A DNA stretch of 62,707 bases, filler included, from Sphacelaria rigidula (GCA_964200075.2; 9 parts of 9 records of this genome joined end to end with filler, not necessarily neighbours in it); one strand, 5' to 3'; positions 13,000-25,722 are shown, numbered from the whole stretch's first letter. Numbers and translations are program-made. Notes: generated by a model not told the origin, from the letters alone.

Positions 13000-13830
13000 A
13001 GGGCCAGATATCCTACCATGACCTAGCATGCTCACGACAGCGCAAAGCTTTCACCGTTGTACATGAACAACACGTAATCAACGCCTCGCACCTTGAGAGA
13101 TCCAACGCTGCTCTCTACAACTTGATGCACAAACGCTCTACCTGGACCATTGGCGATTGGGCCTGGGTTTAAGACAATTTGTCGGCCATCCGCCAAGGCG
13201 CCGACAGGCTCGCCAACGAGACAGTTTTGAAAACTAGATTTTGCCTCGACTGGACAGGGCCATTTAAGATCCTGACAGTCGGACCCTCGCCATCGTTACC
13301 TGATAGAAAACCTGATGGCGACAAAATTCTTTGTCTCAACCTCCCCCGTGATCTTCAGGGGGACATGACACTAAATCTCGCATCTTCGTTTACCGATGCA
13401 AGCCCTGCACGAATCCGCATGATACCACTAACATTCCTAAATATCTGTCTGCCGCTCTCACCCAATACGTGCTTAACATATGTTCTAATAAATCACCGCC
13501 TTATCACGTTACCACCGGCGACCCACTGGCGAGGCCTTCGGAGAGCGTCCTGGGAAGGTGAATCAGACCTCCAGTTGCATCACTGCGCTATGCTTACATA
13601 CTGGACGCAACCCCAGCAGCAGCATCTTGCTGACGAAAATACCGCAACATGCGCCGAGGCACTGCAGCCCGCGAACTCCACCGTGACAAAGATTTGCGCT
13701 TTGTCGCCGATGTTCATGACTTGATACCCACCAAACATTGGGAAGGAAAGATCCACGAAAAACAGGGAATCCTCCCCGAAGGCGCTTACTTGTGGTAAAA
13801 AGGCAGCGACAACCTCGGGTGGAGTCATCC
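13000..13830 (+). mobile_element. Degenerate Ty3/gypsy integrase C-terminus with chromodomain-like remnant
   Basis: WTGPFKILTVGP (GPY/F motif), ILCLNLP, THWRGL...SWEGESDLQ; frameshifted. Confidence 0.65.
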
Positions 13831-14043
13831 TACGATAGCGGGGGGGGTATTTTGGGCCNNNNNNNNNNNNNNNNNNNNNNNNNNNNNNNNNNNNNNNNNN
13901 NNTTAATTAATTAANNNNNNNNNNNNNNNNNNNNNNNNNNNNNNNNNNNNNNNNNNNNAGTCTTCTGTTGAATCGGCATCCATTTCAAGTGGGAAAAAAT
14001 ATGCATGATCCAGAAAGACTGATCTCGCGGTCTAAGGGTTAAG

Positions 14044-15471
14044 CAGGTATGTGTACGGATAAAGGATTAATCCGCGGAGCGGATTATTACGGTGCGGTTT
14101 GTCAAACTGCACCCCTCCGTGGCGTTGTAGGGGGCAAATACCCGCTCAGTGACAATCCGTGACCTTTCTCACAAGCGGATATCCGCTCCGTACCATATTC
14201 CAAGAATCCGCTCCGCTCCGTGGCATTATCAAGGCCAGATACCCGCTCCGCAATGATCCGTGAATTTTCCGATGTACGGATATCCCCTCCGCTCCGTGGC
14301 AATTAGAAAAAAAACGCTCCGCTCAGTATGGAGTACAGCTTCACGGTTGGAACCGTGAAATACGGTTTTTCTACGGAACGGTTCTATCAACTCCGTAGGT
14401 CATCCGTGCGTTCTCCGAAGCATAACTTACGGATCGAATACCTGAAAAGCCACAGATTTCCACGGACAAAAATATTCCGAATGCCTGATAACTTGGAATT
14501 CGAAGTACAAAAAATGTTTTTTCGGATACAGTGAGTCATTCGTCGATGCGGTTCTCAAATTCTGCTTCAAATCGTCGAAACCGCGGTTTGCACGACACAC
14601 GCACAAACACACATACGCTCCAAACTGAAAAGCGTAATCCAAACACGACGGCGGTGCGCGAACCTCGGATGGTTGATGCCGCGGATTCCAATACCGAACA
14701 CAGGGCCGAGCAATCTCCTACTTTGGAGGCTGAGGTGGAGGTGTGCACCTCCACACCCAGTTCTGAATCCCCGCCTCCTTCTCCTCCACGTGAGAACTCT
14801 TCCAATTTTACTGTGCCTACCCCCAGACCTCCCGGCAAGACCGTAGAAAGCGTTCGATACACGGCGGTGGACGCTGGTGCTAGGGTAATCTCAGAGGTGT
14901 GGCTATACTTCCATCAGTTCGACAAGGGACGCGGCGTTGTACATGGAGCATTCTATCCACCGTCCCCCCTGTCCAGAATCTGGAAGTCCCAGCAGGAGGG
15001 CTCATTTCGTACTTGTTGGTATTTATTTGCAGATATCCATATAATTTTTGCGGATACCCTTATCATTTTGACGGAGTATTTATTTCCACGGTGCACCGTG
15101 GAAAAATGCCGTGGTTTGTGCGGTTTATTCCACAGAGGGGGGCAATCCGCTGCGTGAAAAAAATCCGTGAAACGGACATCCGCTCCGCAGTAATCCGTGC
15201 TTTTGTAGCGGGCGGATATCCGTTCCGTGACAGTCCGTAATTTCTCCCACTAGCGGATATCCGCTCCGCTCCGCTCCGTACCACATTCGGAAAATCCGCC
15301 CCACTCCGTGACATGATAAACGGCGGACATCCCCTCCGCAATCCGTGACATTTTCAATCGCGGGTATCCGCTCCGTCACACTCCGTATAATTTCGCACGT
15401 TCGGATATCCGCTCCGTGAGGTTAAAACAAATCCGCAGCGCGGAGCAGATTGTCCTCCGTAGACATCCCTG
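14044..15471 (+). mobile_element. Internally deleted hAT-like DNA transposon retaining the transposase N-terminus
   Basis: Termini CAGGTATGTGTACGGA and TCCGTAGACATCCCTG; flanks GGGTTAAG / GTGTTCAC (5/8 match, eroded 8-bp TSD); dense subterminal (G)CGGATATCCGCTCCG motifs at both ends; internal ORF reaches ISEVWLYFHQF (start of a BED finger) and then breaks. Confidence 0.72.
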
Positions 15472-16015
15472 GTGTTCACGCCTGATGTGCGTAGTATAGA
15501 CCATGTCGGTTGAGTGGCTATTTTGGTTACAGTAGTACGGGGCTACAGCAGTCGTTCAATCGTCTGAGGTGGGCAACATGAACTCTTATCCCTGCAGTCC
15601 TGGAGAGCTTCGTCACATCATGAAAACCTAGTGACATACAGTAGTATGAGTGATATATGCAATGAGTCAAACATGATTCTTGACAATCGCTCAGGGAAAA
15701 AAATGCCGTATTGGATGCCTGTGCAAAATAAGAATCTCGAAATTATGAATTTGGTGTTTTGCACCTCTTCGAACAAAAACAAATTGGATTCAAACATTTC
15801 TGCTGGAATCGGAGAGAAAATTAGACCCCGAGCCTCGCTCAAAATAAGAGTTTCTCAACATCTGTCGCGCTTTGTATGTCAAGAGCGCTTGACAACGATT
15901 CCGGTCCGACATGTCGTTATTTCGACATGAATGATGACAGTCGAAATCACGACCTGTCATGTCTAGATCTTACGTTTGTACCACACATTTCGGTCGTAAA
16001 ATAATGTGCTACTAA

Positions 16016-16824
16016 GGCTAATTGTTACGGCAACAGATTTTTGGCCGCGGATCTTCATATTTTGAAATAAGTCGTGTTACACCCATCCTATGGGTACGGA
16101 CTATTCCAAATTTGGGGTGAAATAATCCGCGGCCAAGATTCGGGGCCCGGGTCCCACAGATTTCTGGGCAAACTGGCGGAGGTCGGCGAGCACAGATTTT
16201 TGCACACGGATTTTTGCGTTTTGGCCGGCAGACCGTCATTTCTTTCATGTGCCGGCGTGCTGGTTGCGCCTTGGTGAGTGATCCTGTGGACCACAACCAG
16301 CAACACACGAAGCAACTACACGCCGCACCCGACGCGCGATGTAACCCGCTTCGCGCGTACGAGACAAAAAACGACACGCCTTGCCCGTCGGTCTCCTGGC
16401 AGAAGCATTGCAGAGACGTCAGGAGTGGAGACATATGATGCGCACTGTCGCTATCTGGCGGGTGGTTCTGCGATCCTTCGATGACGGGTTCAACTTTAGC
16501 GGCAACGAGGGGGGCATGGTCGCTTACTTATGTGCTCGAAAGAACCGGCATTGGTGTTAGTGGGGTGGTGATGACCTCTCTACGGCAGTGACGCTGCATC
16601 ACTACAGCACACCACAACACACGAGACACCTACGAGGCTGTGAGCTGTTGAAACACGCTACACATAAACTCGAAACCCTGGTGGAGGTATACAAATCAGA
16701 ACAATATGGTATGAAAATCTGAGTGCTACCATAAGATCGTTCGCGGACCCAAATTTGCCGCGGATTTATTTCACCAGGATTCAGAAATCTGTGGGCCAAA
16801 AATCCGTTGCCATGACATCCGGCC
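16016..16824. mobile_element. PIF/Harbinger (Tourist-like) non-autonomous element
   Basis: TAA TSD at 16013-16015 and 16825-16827; TIRs GGCTAATTGTTACGGCAACAGATTTTTGGCC / GGCCAAAAATCCGTTGCCATGACATCCGGCC. Confidence 0.8.
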
Positions 16825-17532
16825 TAAGACACACCTTTATCGAGACCTCAAAAAAAAGCTAGAAAAGGATTGTGCGCCCGAAGATGCACGTGAATTGGTC
16901 GCCGGGCGGGTCCACTGTGGCAGCGACCAATCTAGGTCCTTCTGGACTATTTTTCCCTCCTTCTCTTTTTTTTGCCGGTCCCGGTAAGACACGGCATAAG
17001 GCTCCGGGATACTTTTTTCTTCCGGGCTCGCGTAACCAATTATCATTGTTGGAGCCTGATGAATACCGTGAACCAAGTTCGCTCCACATTGTTCGGCATC
17101 ATGAAATAATATATCCCAGATTCCGACACCTGCGGCTGGGTAACTCACCGCAATACCGCTCTGTTTAAGGAGATCGGCTCTTGCAGCGATACAGAGCTCG
17201 TGAGATCACTTCTCCTCTGTTCCACGCGACAGAAATGTACGGCACACAGCCGAGATCGATCGGCTCACGAGGGCTCGCTTGGCGTCCTGTTTGAGCCATC
17301 ATCCATGTCACAGCAGAGGATGAGCGCGGGCGTGCGGGGGCGAGGTTGAAATGTGTGCGGTACATTACTGTGGATTTGTTTTTTCTTCAGCGTGTGTTTT
17401 AGTTTTGTTTTTGTCTCGCGTACGTTTGTCATGTAACCACGACTGGATGTCAGAGGGTCAGGGTTGAAGTACGACAATCGATCAAATCAAAATTGTGCAT
17501 TTGCACGTTGCGGAGGCTGCCGTTGAGGAGTA

Positions 17533-17864
17533 CATACGCGGCCATTTGGCTACCTCCAAAATTCCTCCAGATGGGTAAAGTTTTCGAGCCTCCAGAGGAA
17601 TTAAACACCTCCGGAGGGGTGTGCGGCCCTCCGGAGGAGATTCTTCGGTTTCCTCCAGAGAGATCAAACGCCTTCGGAGGCTTATTTTTGCCTCTGGAGG
17701 GCCGCGCATACCCCAAGTTCCTCCGGAGGGGTGCGCGGTCCTCCAGGTCGGTAGTGTTTGGTTTTCTCCAGAGGGATGGAAGGCCTCCTGAGGCTTGTTT
17801 TACCTCTGGAGGGCCGCGCATCCCTCCGGAGGCATTTTGGGGGGTAGCCAAATGGCAGCGTGTG
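17533..17864. mobile_element. TA-flanked MITE packed with CCTCCGGAGG palindromes
   Basis: TA at 17531-17532 and 17865-17866; TIRs CATACGCGGCCATTTGGCTACC / GGTAGCCAAATGGCAGCGTGTG; about a dozen CCTC(C/T)(G/A)GAGG-like motifs inside. Confidence 0.85.
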
Positions 17865-19001
17865 TAGTACCAACGTGGGGGGATTTATCACCTCCGCCCG
17901 CGTGCGAATGTAAGAAGTTGCCCAGGCAGGAACAGCGGACCGCTGATTCGTAACCTAATATTTGGCGTTATGCTCACACTGTAGCGTAGCACAACCTGTT
18001 TGAATAGACGTGAGCCAAAAAATGCAAACATTCACAGGTCTTCTCGCGGGTAATGCATTCGCGACATTACGTGGGTTCGAGCGGACCATACGGGTCTAGG
18101 TGTTCCCAGCGGTGTCTGTAACATGTAATGAATACTGATGCCCGTCACGTATCCTTCTACTTCCCCTCTTCCTCTTGTGCGCTGCCATAAACCTTGCATC
18201 TGCAGTCGCAATCAGCAAAAAATATTCGTTAATGCGTTCGAAGTGTCACGCGGATCACCGCGCTACGTACGCGGACTGTAATCAATCTATACGGGCAGCA
18301 GAGGGTAACGCGAAAAAAATACGGGCAGCAGAGGTAGTCCGAGGGCTCTGGATGCCCGCGACATCATGAACTCAGCCTGGGCAGAATTCACAGCGGTGGT
18401 GCGCACACCGTATGATGCGGCTATAGTAGTAGACACGCCATTCAGCAGCACAGTAAGCAAACAGTGAACCCCGCGTTTTTCGCGGAGATGCCGTCGCAAA
18501 TAATAGGTCATGATGAAAAGGTAGTACGAATTGAAAAAAAGTCTTCTCCCCCATTGCCGCGTATGTCGGTGCCGTGTCATCACTGGTCCAAATTTCCATG
18601 TCGCCTTCCGTTAGACGATGGGTTCTCAAACATGGTGACCTGCAGCCGCTTGCGTGGTCGGCGACTCCCCCCGTCGGTGTTCACAATCCGTACCTATATC
18701 TAGCTGCCGATGAACTCGTTCTCCCACCATTTGTCAGAATGAGCTGGAGATGACGGCCGCCGCCTCGAGGGCTTCCGCGCGGATCCTCGGCCCCGCCAAA
18801 CTTTCCGAGGGGCTGGAACCGAGGGCGGGGGGAACGATCAACCTCGACAAACCCTAGGAGGTATTCGGGGGCGTGCCTGGCGCCTACTTAAACACGGTGA
18901 GCTTTGCACTGTAGAATTGTTCGCCGTTCCCCAGAATATGGAGATAGCAACGACGGGTGGTGTTCACGGTTTGTTGGTCACACGCCAAAAGGGTCGCGGA
19001 A

Positions 19002-19222
19002 TTTAAGGGGCCGGGCACTGTATGCCGCCGCGCTGTACGTTTGCTATACCGCAAAGTTTCGTACCCACGGAGAAGCAGAAGCAACGGCGTATTCCCCACG
19101 TCGGCAACGTGTTTAAGGGGCCAGGCACTGTACGCCGCCGCGCTATACGTTTGCTATACCGCGAAGTTTCGTACTCACGGAGAAGTGGAAGCAATCATGT
19201 ATTCCCCACGTCGGCAACGTGT
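19002..19222 (+). repeat. 110-bp tandem duplication (2 copies)
   Basis: TTTAAGGGGCC..GCACTGTA...TATTCCCCACGTCGGCAACGTGT at 19002 and 19112. Confidence 0.92.
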
Positions 19223-20045
19223 ATCAAGCCTGGTCCTTGACAGAGCCTGTGGCGATGCCTAGGAAGGAGCACTTTGTCCTACTCGGTGGTCTCGTCCGAC
19301 TCGTTCAACTTTGATGTATTCATGTCCCGTTAAGAGGTCAGCACCGGGGGCCCAGTATCGACCAATGCCCGATACGGCACCCGGCTCTTTTGCAGGCGTT
19401 GTCGGCACTCGGTACGTCGTTGAATAACGACGAGTTTCCCCCCAACATATAAAAGTATATGTCCGGCACTACGGAACCGAGTACAATGTAAGGCTGTGCC
19501 GCATTTGTTATTTATATGCATTTTTTTTGTTAACTTCATCAATATCCATTGTCATGATGCTCTCCATCATTTTCTTCACCGTCATTGTTATTGCTGCTGC
19601 TATCGTTGTTCATTGCAATTCACTGCTATCTTTTATTTGTGTCCTCCCTTTTGAGGCCGGTTCTTATGATTGTAAATACTAGTACTGTTGAGGCTCGGGC
19701 GGTCACCACCTATGTCAGGGGTAGAATTAGGGTAGGGGGGCTAGGGGAGTTCAGAAAAATACCATGTTGGTGTCCTTCTCGGGCGCACGCTCACATATAA
19801 CCTTTTCTCCATATCTTACGCACTGGGGCCGCAGAGGAGGTGGGCCGCCCTCTGTAGCATTGCATCGTACTGTCCATAGGGACATGACTTCAACGGCCAT
19901 TCGCGTATTTTTCTGACGATCTGGCATTTTCCCCAAACATTTGTTGAAGAGAGCACTGGCGGGAACCAGATATACCGGGTTAATTTCCTGTTTGTACCTA
20001 TTGTTTCTCGGCGGTGCTGCCCGCTTCGTTTCTCAGAAGAACATC

Positions 20046-20644
20046 TTCATATTCCGGTAACCTTTTCTGCTGTCCGATACCAACTTTTGGTTCCTTCGCG
20101 ACCGCAGGTGCTACGCCCGGCATCGAAGATTATGGCCGACCAGGTTGCGGCTAACGTCGCCGAGAGAAGGGCCGCGGCATGGGTATTGGCTACAACGACC
20201 ACCAGGGTAGCGGTGAAGATGAGGGGAACCTCCCAGGATTTAGCATCCCTGAGGCTATGCGCGACGCCTTCAAATTCTGGCGCCCGCGTCCCTTGGGGAG
20301 GGGGGTCATACCCTTTCGTTACTTGCCTCAATCGTCAAAAAGTGTGCTCATTGACGGCTAAGGCAAGCAACGAAATAGTATGCCCCCTCTCCCCAAGGGG
20401 CGCAGGCGCCAGGATTTTGAGACGTCGCGCATGGCGTCAGGGGTGCTAAACCCTGGGGGGTTCCCCTCATCTTCAATGCTACCCTGGTGGTCGTTGTAGC
20501 CAACACCCATGCCGCGACCCTTCTCTCGGCGACGTCTGCTGCAACCTGGTCGGCCATAATCTTCGATGCCGGGCGTAGCACCTGCGGTCGCGAAGGGACC
20601 AAAAGTTGGTATCGGACGGCAGAAAAAGGGTACTGGAATATGAA
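20046..20644. repeat. Long imperfect palindrome, ~293-bp arms with a 12-nt spacer
   Basis: 20046-20338 is the reverse complement of 20351-20644 with scattered mismatches; spacer at 20339-20350. Confidence 0.95.
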
Positions 20645-20696
20645 CATCACACGATTAAGGCAAGCAACGAATGAGTACCCCCCCCCCCCGTAACTC

Positions 20697-20820
20697 AGGT
20701 GCTCCGTCTCGAAAGGGATGCGTGGTCAATGGTCAAATGACTTAGGCAAGCAACAAATGAGTACGACACCACCCCCCCCCACACAAGACACCCACAACAC
20801 ACCCCCCCCCCACCCCCCAC
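20697..20820 (+). mobile_element. LINE family L-A 3' end with C-rich tail
   Basis: GCTCCGTCTCGAAAGGGATGCGTGGTCAATGGTCAAATGACTTAGGCAAGCAACAAATGAGTACG followed by C/CA-rich tracts; a shorter copy lies at 20651-20690. Confidence 0.75.
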
Positions 20821-20937
20821 CGCGACAGACAACACAANNNNNNNNNNNNNNNNNNNNNNNNNNNNNNNNNNNNNNNNNNNNTTAATTAATTAANNNNNNN
20901 NNNNNNNNNNNNNNNNNNNNNNNNNNNNNNNNNNNNN

Positions 20938-21280
20938 GTATCCTGCTAAGATTGTTCGGCCCGAAGCCTACTGAGTATCTTGCATTTAGATGACAGCCTC
21001 CAATGACTTGCTTTATTGTCTGGTATCGCCACTTCCAGAGACTGCCACGTCTTATATACTTCCTCATGGGGTCTCACCATTTGAACACTACGTGGAACGA
21101 TCATCCCCGTTGTGCGGAGTTGAGGTTATCCCACGTCGCACAACATGATCTAGCTTGACACCCATGGTAACCGCAAAACAAATGCAAGCGCGCAAAATAA
21201 AACGGTAACCTGATTGCCTAGCTTACGCAGTGAGTGGCGTGTTTGATAGCACCATCGCCAACCGACGCCAACCCCATCGG
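20938..21280 (+). repeat. Dispersed repeat family R1 (copy 2)
   Basis: Colinear with 51515-51852 (GATTGTTCGGCCCGAAGCCTACTGA...GCCAACCGACGCCAACCCCATC). Confidence 0.85.
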
Positions 21281-23281
21281 GAGTCCGCCGCTACAAGGCC
21301 GGGACGGAGCACGCCGGGTTCTCACCGGACCAGGCTGACTCAAAGAGCAAGGCGGCTTAGGGAGGGAAAGAAGGGGAAGAGCTTGGGAAGACAGGGAAAT
21401 TGAGCAAGCCGAAGTGGTACTCGGTTGATATACGCGTATCTAGCACTCACGGCGATGAGTTGCCGTGCTCTGCAGAAGCGGGCGAGAAACAATGAGAGCC
21501 TAAATGCCGCCAGCCGATGGTTTTGACACCCACCCGTCCTTGGTTCAACCGCCCCTCGTCCAGACATATCGCTCACTACTGCGGAGCCGCCGACCAGGGA
21601 CGGCTCAGGGGAAGCGGAGGGTCTCTGGTCGTTCGATACCAACAAAGAATGGGTTACCTTGTTTGGTATCAGCGGGATTGTCCAGGGTTTCGGAGGTGCC
21701 AACGGCGAGGAGACTGAAGGGTCGGTCTGCGAGAGCGAGGAAGGCCAGTCGAAGCATTGGCGCTTCAGGCTCGAATCAATAGACTCCTGAGAACAATAAG
21801 CGAGATGCTAAGTACATTGGTCCGTTACCTGGTAATGACGATTTCACTTCGTCATGAGTTGTTCAACAGGCGCGTACCGTGTGTAAACCGTCAAAGCGCA
21901 CGCAGCGGAGGCGAAATACTTATCCTAGCACCAAGTCGGAACGATAACCGTGAACAATACCTGCAGGGCAGAGGGTGTCAATCCAAGGGTACTTTGCGAC
22001 GAATGATGCGGGAACAGCGCGGACAGCATAAAATAAACCTTTCCATTTCTTGTCTTCCTTTTCAATGATCCGGTCAGCTTCAGGGTGGGTTTGAAGTTGT
22101 TGATCGCACCAGTCACCATGGCGAGAGAACTCCGTAACTGCAGCGGTAACCATCAAGGAAAACAATGTTCAGCGCGAATGTGGTGCGCGACTTGGCGTTT
22201 GGTCTGTGATCAACAACCGCTCCCGGCTATATCGACTAAACTGCGATTCTTCACGTCGCCAGCAACGAGACCTTTTGTTCGCGAGTCAAACGCGAAGCTG
22301 GTCACCGTACTTTATCCCGGAGCTGGTCACGAAGGGACAAACCGACATTCGCTTGATCAAGACGTGGCGTTGGGACCAAGAAGCTCACCAAGCACAGTCA
22401 CCGTTACCTCATCATGATATCCGAGAGCTCGCCCGCCCAAAGCAAGCTGGGCATCATAGCCTTCTCTGGGGCGTTTCGGAAGGTGTTCATTGGCGGGGGG
22501 TTTTCCTCGTTTTCCTCAACACTCGAAGAACCGCTCGCTTCCTGCAGTGGAACTCCTCAATGACCACTTGGGTAAACTAGTATGGGTTGTTTGTTCGGGT
22601 GTTACTAAAACATCTTCGCTCCCTTGAAGAAAAATGTCCTTTTTGGCACTTGGCAGGCGTGATATTCGGCGTATATCAATTTCGTGTTTTGAGGACTCGC
22701 GTTGAGGAGTGCCAATAGAATATGCTTTTCTACCCCATGTCGCCCGCGTTCACAACACGTTGCATGCCATGAGAGTGGTTAGTCAACAACTTTATAGCCC
22801 CTCCTTGGATAGATTATGGATTGATTCGATGGAATGTCGCACATTAGTGTGAGACGGACGGATACCGGAGATACACCCATGTCTCGAGACTTCCAGGAGG
22901 TACAATAAAAGGTGTGGAGAAACTTTTCACATATAGCACGAGCTGTGATCCCAACAGATTGATGATGATGATGATGATGATGATTTCTTACAAATATCGA
23001 GTGCGGACCATGTCCCAAAGAGTCTCGCGGAAGAGTCGTGGATGGGGAAAAAATACGACGAGTGCACACCTTTCACGCTAGATTCCTGCAGTGTAGATAT
23101 CATGTGATGGATCGGTTGATTAATTGTCGCACTTGAGCTGACCACCCAGGAATTCAGCCGTCATTACATGAGAGACGTACCCAACACGAAACAAAACTGA
23201 CAACTCGCTGAAGAGAAAAGAAGAAACAGAAAAGGTCGAACAGAGCAACATACTCGTAGTAGACTAAGACACATAAATCAT

Positions 23282-23600
23282 AAATGGGGAAGATGTACGT
23301 TTGATTCATGCCGCACGAACGATAGGTGGCAGAGATGCACGCTTGATTGATGCTGCGCGGATAACAGGTGGGAAAAATGTACGTCTGATTCAGGCGGTAC
23401 GAACAGCAGGCAGAGAAGGAGTGCGTTTTATTCAATCGATTCATGCCGTACCAATGACACATTGGAAAAGTGTATGCTCGATACATGCTGTCGGGATGAC
23501 AGGCACGGAAAATGTACGTTCAATTCACCATAAACGGGCGACAGGTCGGAAACGTGAACGTCCGACAAATGTCATGTGCACCAAGGGTGGGAGGTGAAAA
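23282..23600 (+). repeat. Degenerate 42-bp minisatellite (about 7 units); related units near 24340-24470
   Basis: Approximate consensus AGGTGGGAAAAATGTACGTTTGATTCATGCCGTACGAATGAC, translating as a 14-aa repeat (GGKNVRLIHAVRxT). Confidence 0.75.
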
Positions 23601-23790
23601 CGACTCCCCGTTCTTGTCGGAACTGTACGAGTTAACTCGTGGGAACGGGTGAGACTTCAGTTTACGTATGATACTGGCTACATAACATTCATCTGTCAAG
23701 CTACACTTCACGATTAGTAACATACGGGCCTGATTCTTGAACCCACAGCTTCAAGACCACATATCCACAGTGAGCTTTTGCTCGGTCAAT

Positions 23791-23962
23791 GAGACTGAAC
23801 CTGACATCCCACTCACTGCCGTGATATTACACAAAGAATTGAACAAACGCTGACCGCATGAGACTAGAAACCTGACATCCTGCCGTGATATTAGCACGAA
23901 GAATTGAACAAAAGCTGCGGCATGAGACTGGAAACCTGACATCCCACTCACTGTCGCGATAA
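23791..23962 (+). repeat. ~65-70-bp tandem repeat, about 2.5 copies
   Basis: Recurring GAGACT..AACCTGACATCC...TGCCGTGATATTA...AAGAATTGAACAAA. Confidence 0.85.
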
Positions 23963-24759
23963 TTGTTTGGCACACCTGCTGTCTCTGTACCAACGCAAGG
24001 ACAGATTACCATTTCCGTGTGATGAAAAAAAATCAAAAACTAGCCATAATCAACAATCAACAGCTACACGGGCCAACGAAACCGAATAATTCCGCACTCT
24101 CTGCTTCATCTCTTTCGTGTCTGTGCCGCAAGTTGGATCACTGAGCCACTGCCCGCCATACCAACATGCAATCATCAGTGCAGTGGGGTGAAAGGCTGCC
24201 CCTCTCCCCCCGCACCTTGCCTCATCGAGACGTTGCATGACCCCCTGGTGAAGAAAATTTCAATTCGAATCACTCCGCAAGAAAAAAAAGTGAAGAATGT
24301 ACATATAATGTTCATGCTTCAAGCATAACCGATGAGAGACACGTTTCTATGATTCGCGCCGTATGAGTTACGGGTGATATATGTATGAGTCACGCCGTAT
24401 GCACCACAGGTGGGAACGATCTACACTTGATTCATGCCGTATAGATCACAGGGAATGTGTGCAGAGCTGAACATGATGTGGACTGTGGATTGGACGCATG
24501 TACTACCTGCTGTAATCGGAGATGGAGGGACGGAAGGTTTCAATTAGGACTTTCCATAAGGACTTTTCAGAATAGTAGCGGGTGAGTATTCTGCGGATAG
24601 TTCCCGCGTGTTCTTCGGAAGGTTTTCAGAAGGAGGTCTCAGAAGAGTAACTGCGGGATATAACTTCCACGTGCTATCTGGAAGGTTCCAAGATGACGAG
24701 GTGGGCCGGCAGTACAGTAAATCCCGCATTTGCATGTCACACCGTAACTCATCAAATTT

Positions 24760-25267
24760 ACCAAATCAGTCCGACTTGAGCATATCGGTGTGACCTGCAG
24801 ACCAACGTGGTAACGCACGGGACCGCCACTGGATGAAGAAAAAAATGGGGGAAAATGTACCGCGCATAATGTATCACCTAACCGACGGAACAAAACAAAA
24901 GAAATCCGTCGAGATTCGAACTCGTGACCTCCACAACTGGAGTCAACTGAATCACTTGAGTTGTACGAGCGTAGCCGTGCCACACGAAAAGTTGGATGCG
25001 GCGTCAAAGTCCTGGATTTTTGCCGAAATTGTACCAGGATTTCCTCCACACAAGGACGCACAACTACACTAACGATGTCCCGGTACTTCTTTATTTTTAC
25101 GGAGGTATAGCGCTTCTTCTATTTTTCTCTGGAACTTAAGATCGCTCCAACTTTTTTTTAATTTGACATTCCCCGGAAGGTTGTGAGTGGCGATGATAAA
25201 GATGTCGTGTCAAAATTTCATCGCCCAATACTTGGGTTACTCACCGCCCGGCCCGTCCAGCTCGTAT
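24760..25267. repeat. Dispersed repeat family R2 (second copy ~39895-40542), containing a tRNA B-box-like motif
   Basis: Both copies share CCGA(C/T)TTGAGCA(T/C)ATCG..TG..CTGCAGACC, GATTCGAACTCGTGAC, AAAATTTC..CGCCCAA and terminal CCAGCTCGTATG. Confidence 0.7.
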
Positions 25268-25722
25268 GCATACGACGACTGACGCACTCACAGAGGTGTC
25301 GGCTCTCTTTGACTCAGGGGCGGACATCCGTTTGACCTCGAGTACACATGATCTCACAGGGGAACGTGCGGTGAACTGGAACCGCCCATTCAGGAAAAAA
25401 AGGCAGCTGCGTACACCACCTGTGGGAACTCACCACTAGGAGCGGGAGTGCGGATAAAGAGGCACCAACGGATATAACGCTGAAGACGTCCTTCGTGTCC
25501 CCTACTACCTTGTCGGCTCCTGAGTAGCGGACGCTTCATTGTAACGAAACGTTGCATTTGACTCCAGGTCCACGAAGCATTGTAGCCGACTCGCCAAGGA
25601 CCGATCGAGAATCCCTAGCCCATAAAAAAGGATCCTTCGCGCTGTTCGCAACCGTCCGAGCGAAGGACAGCCGTCAGGCATCGGTACATGTATCATGTAC
25701 GAAATAGAAGCAGCACTTTACG

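Noticed and set aside
15629-15966. Hairpin plus CTAG as a Helitron end, or a TAG..CTA hAT MITE
   Set aside because: The termini are too eroded to choose between models, and neither a TSD nor an A|T site is confirmed.
19240-19412. Possible isolated exon (AG...GTACGT)
   Set aside because: Stops or frameshifts in the plausible frames, no partner exons and no recognisable domain.
20087-20650. Mirror ORFs (KIMADQVAA.VAERR.AAWVLATTTTRVA) as a gene pair
   Set aside because: They are the automatic result of the palindrome and show no protein motif or splice structure.
21340-22450. Coding-looking GC-rich region (minus-strand VPASFVAKYPWIDTLCPAGIVHGYRSD)
   Set aside because: Multiple stops, no recognisable motif and no consistent splice model; probably a decayed element that I cannot assign.
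23282-23600. 42-bp array as CRISPR-like
   Set aside because: Divergence is spread along the units, with no constant-repeat/variable-spacer partition.
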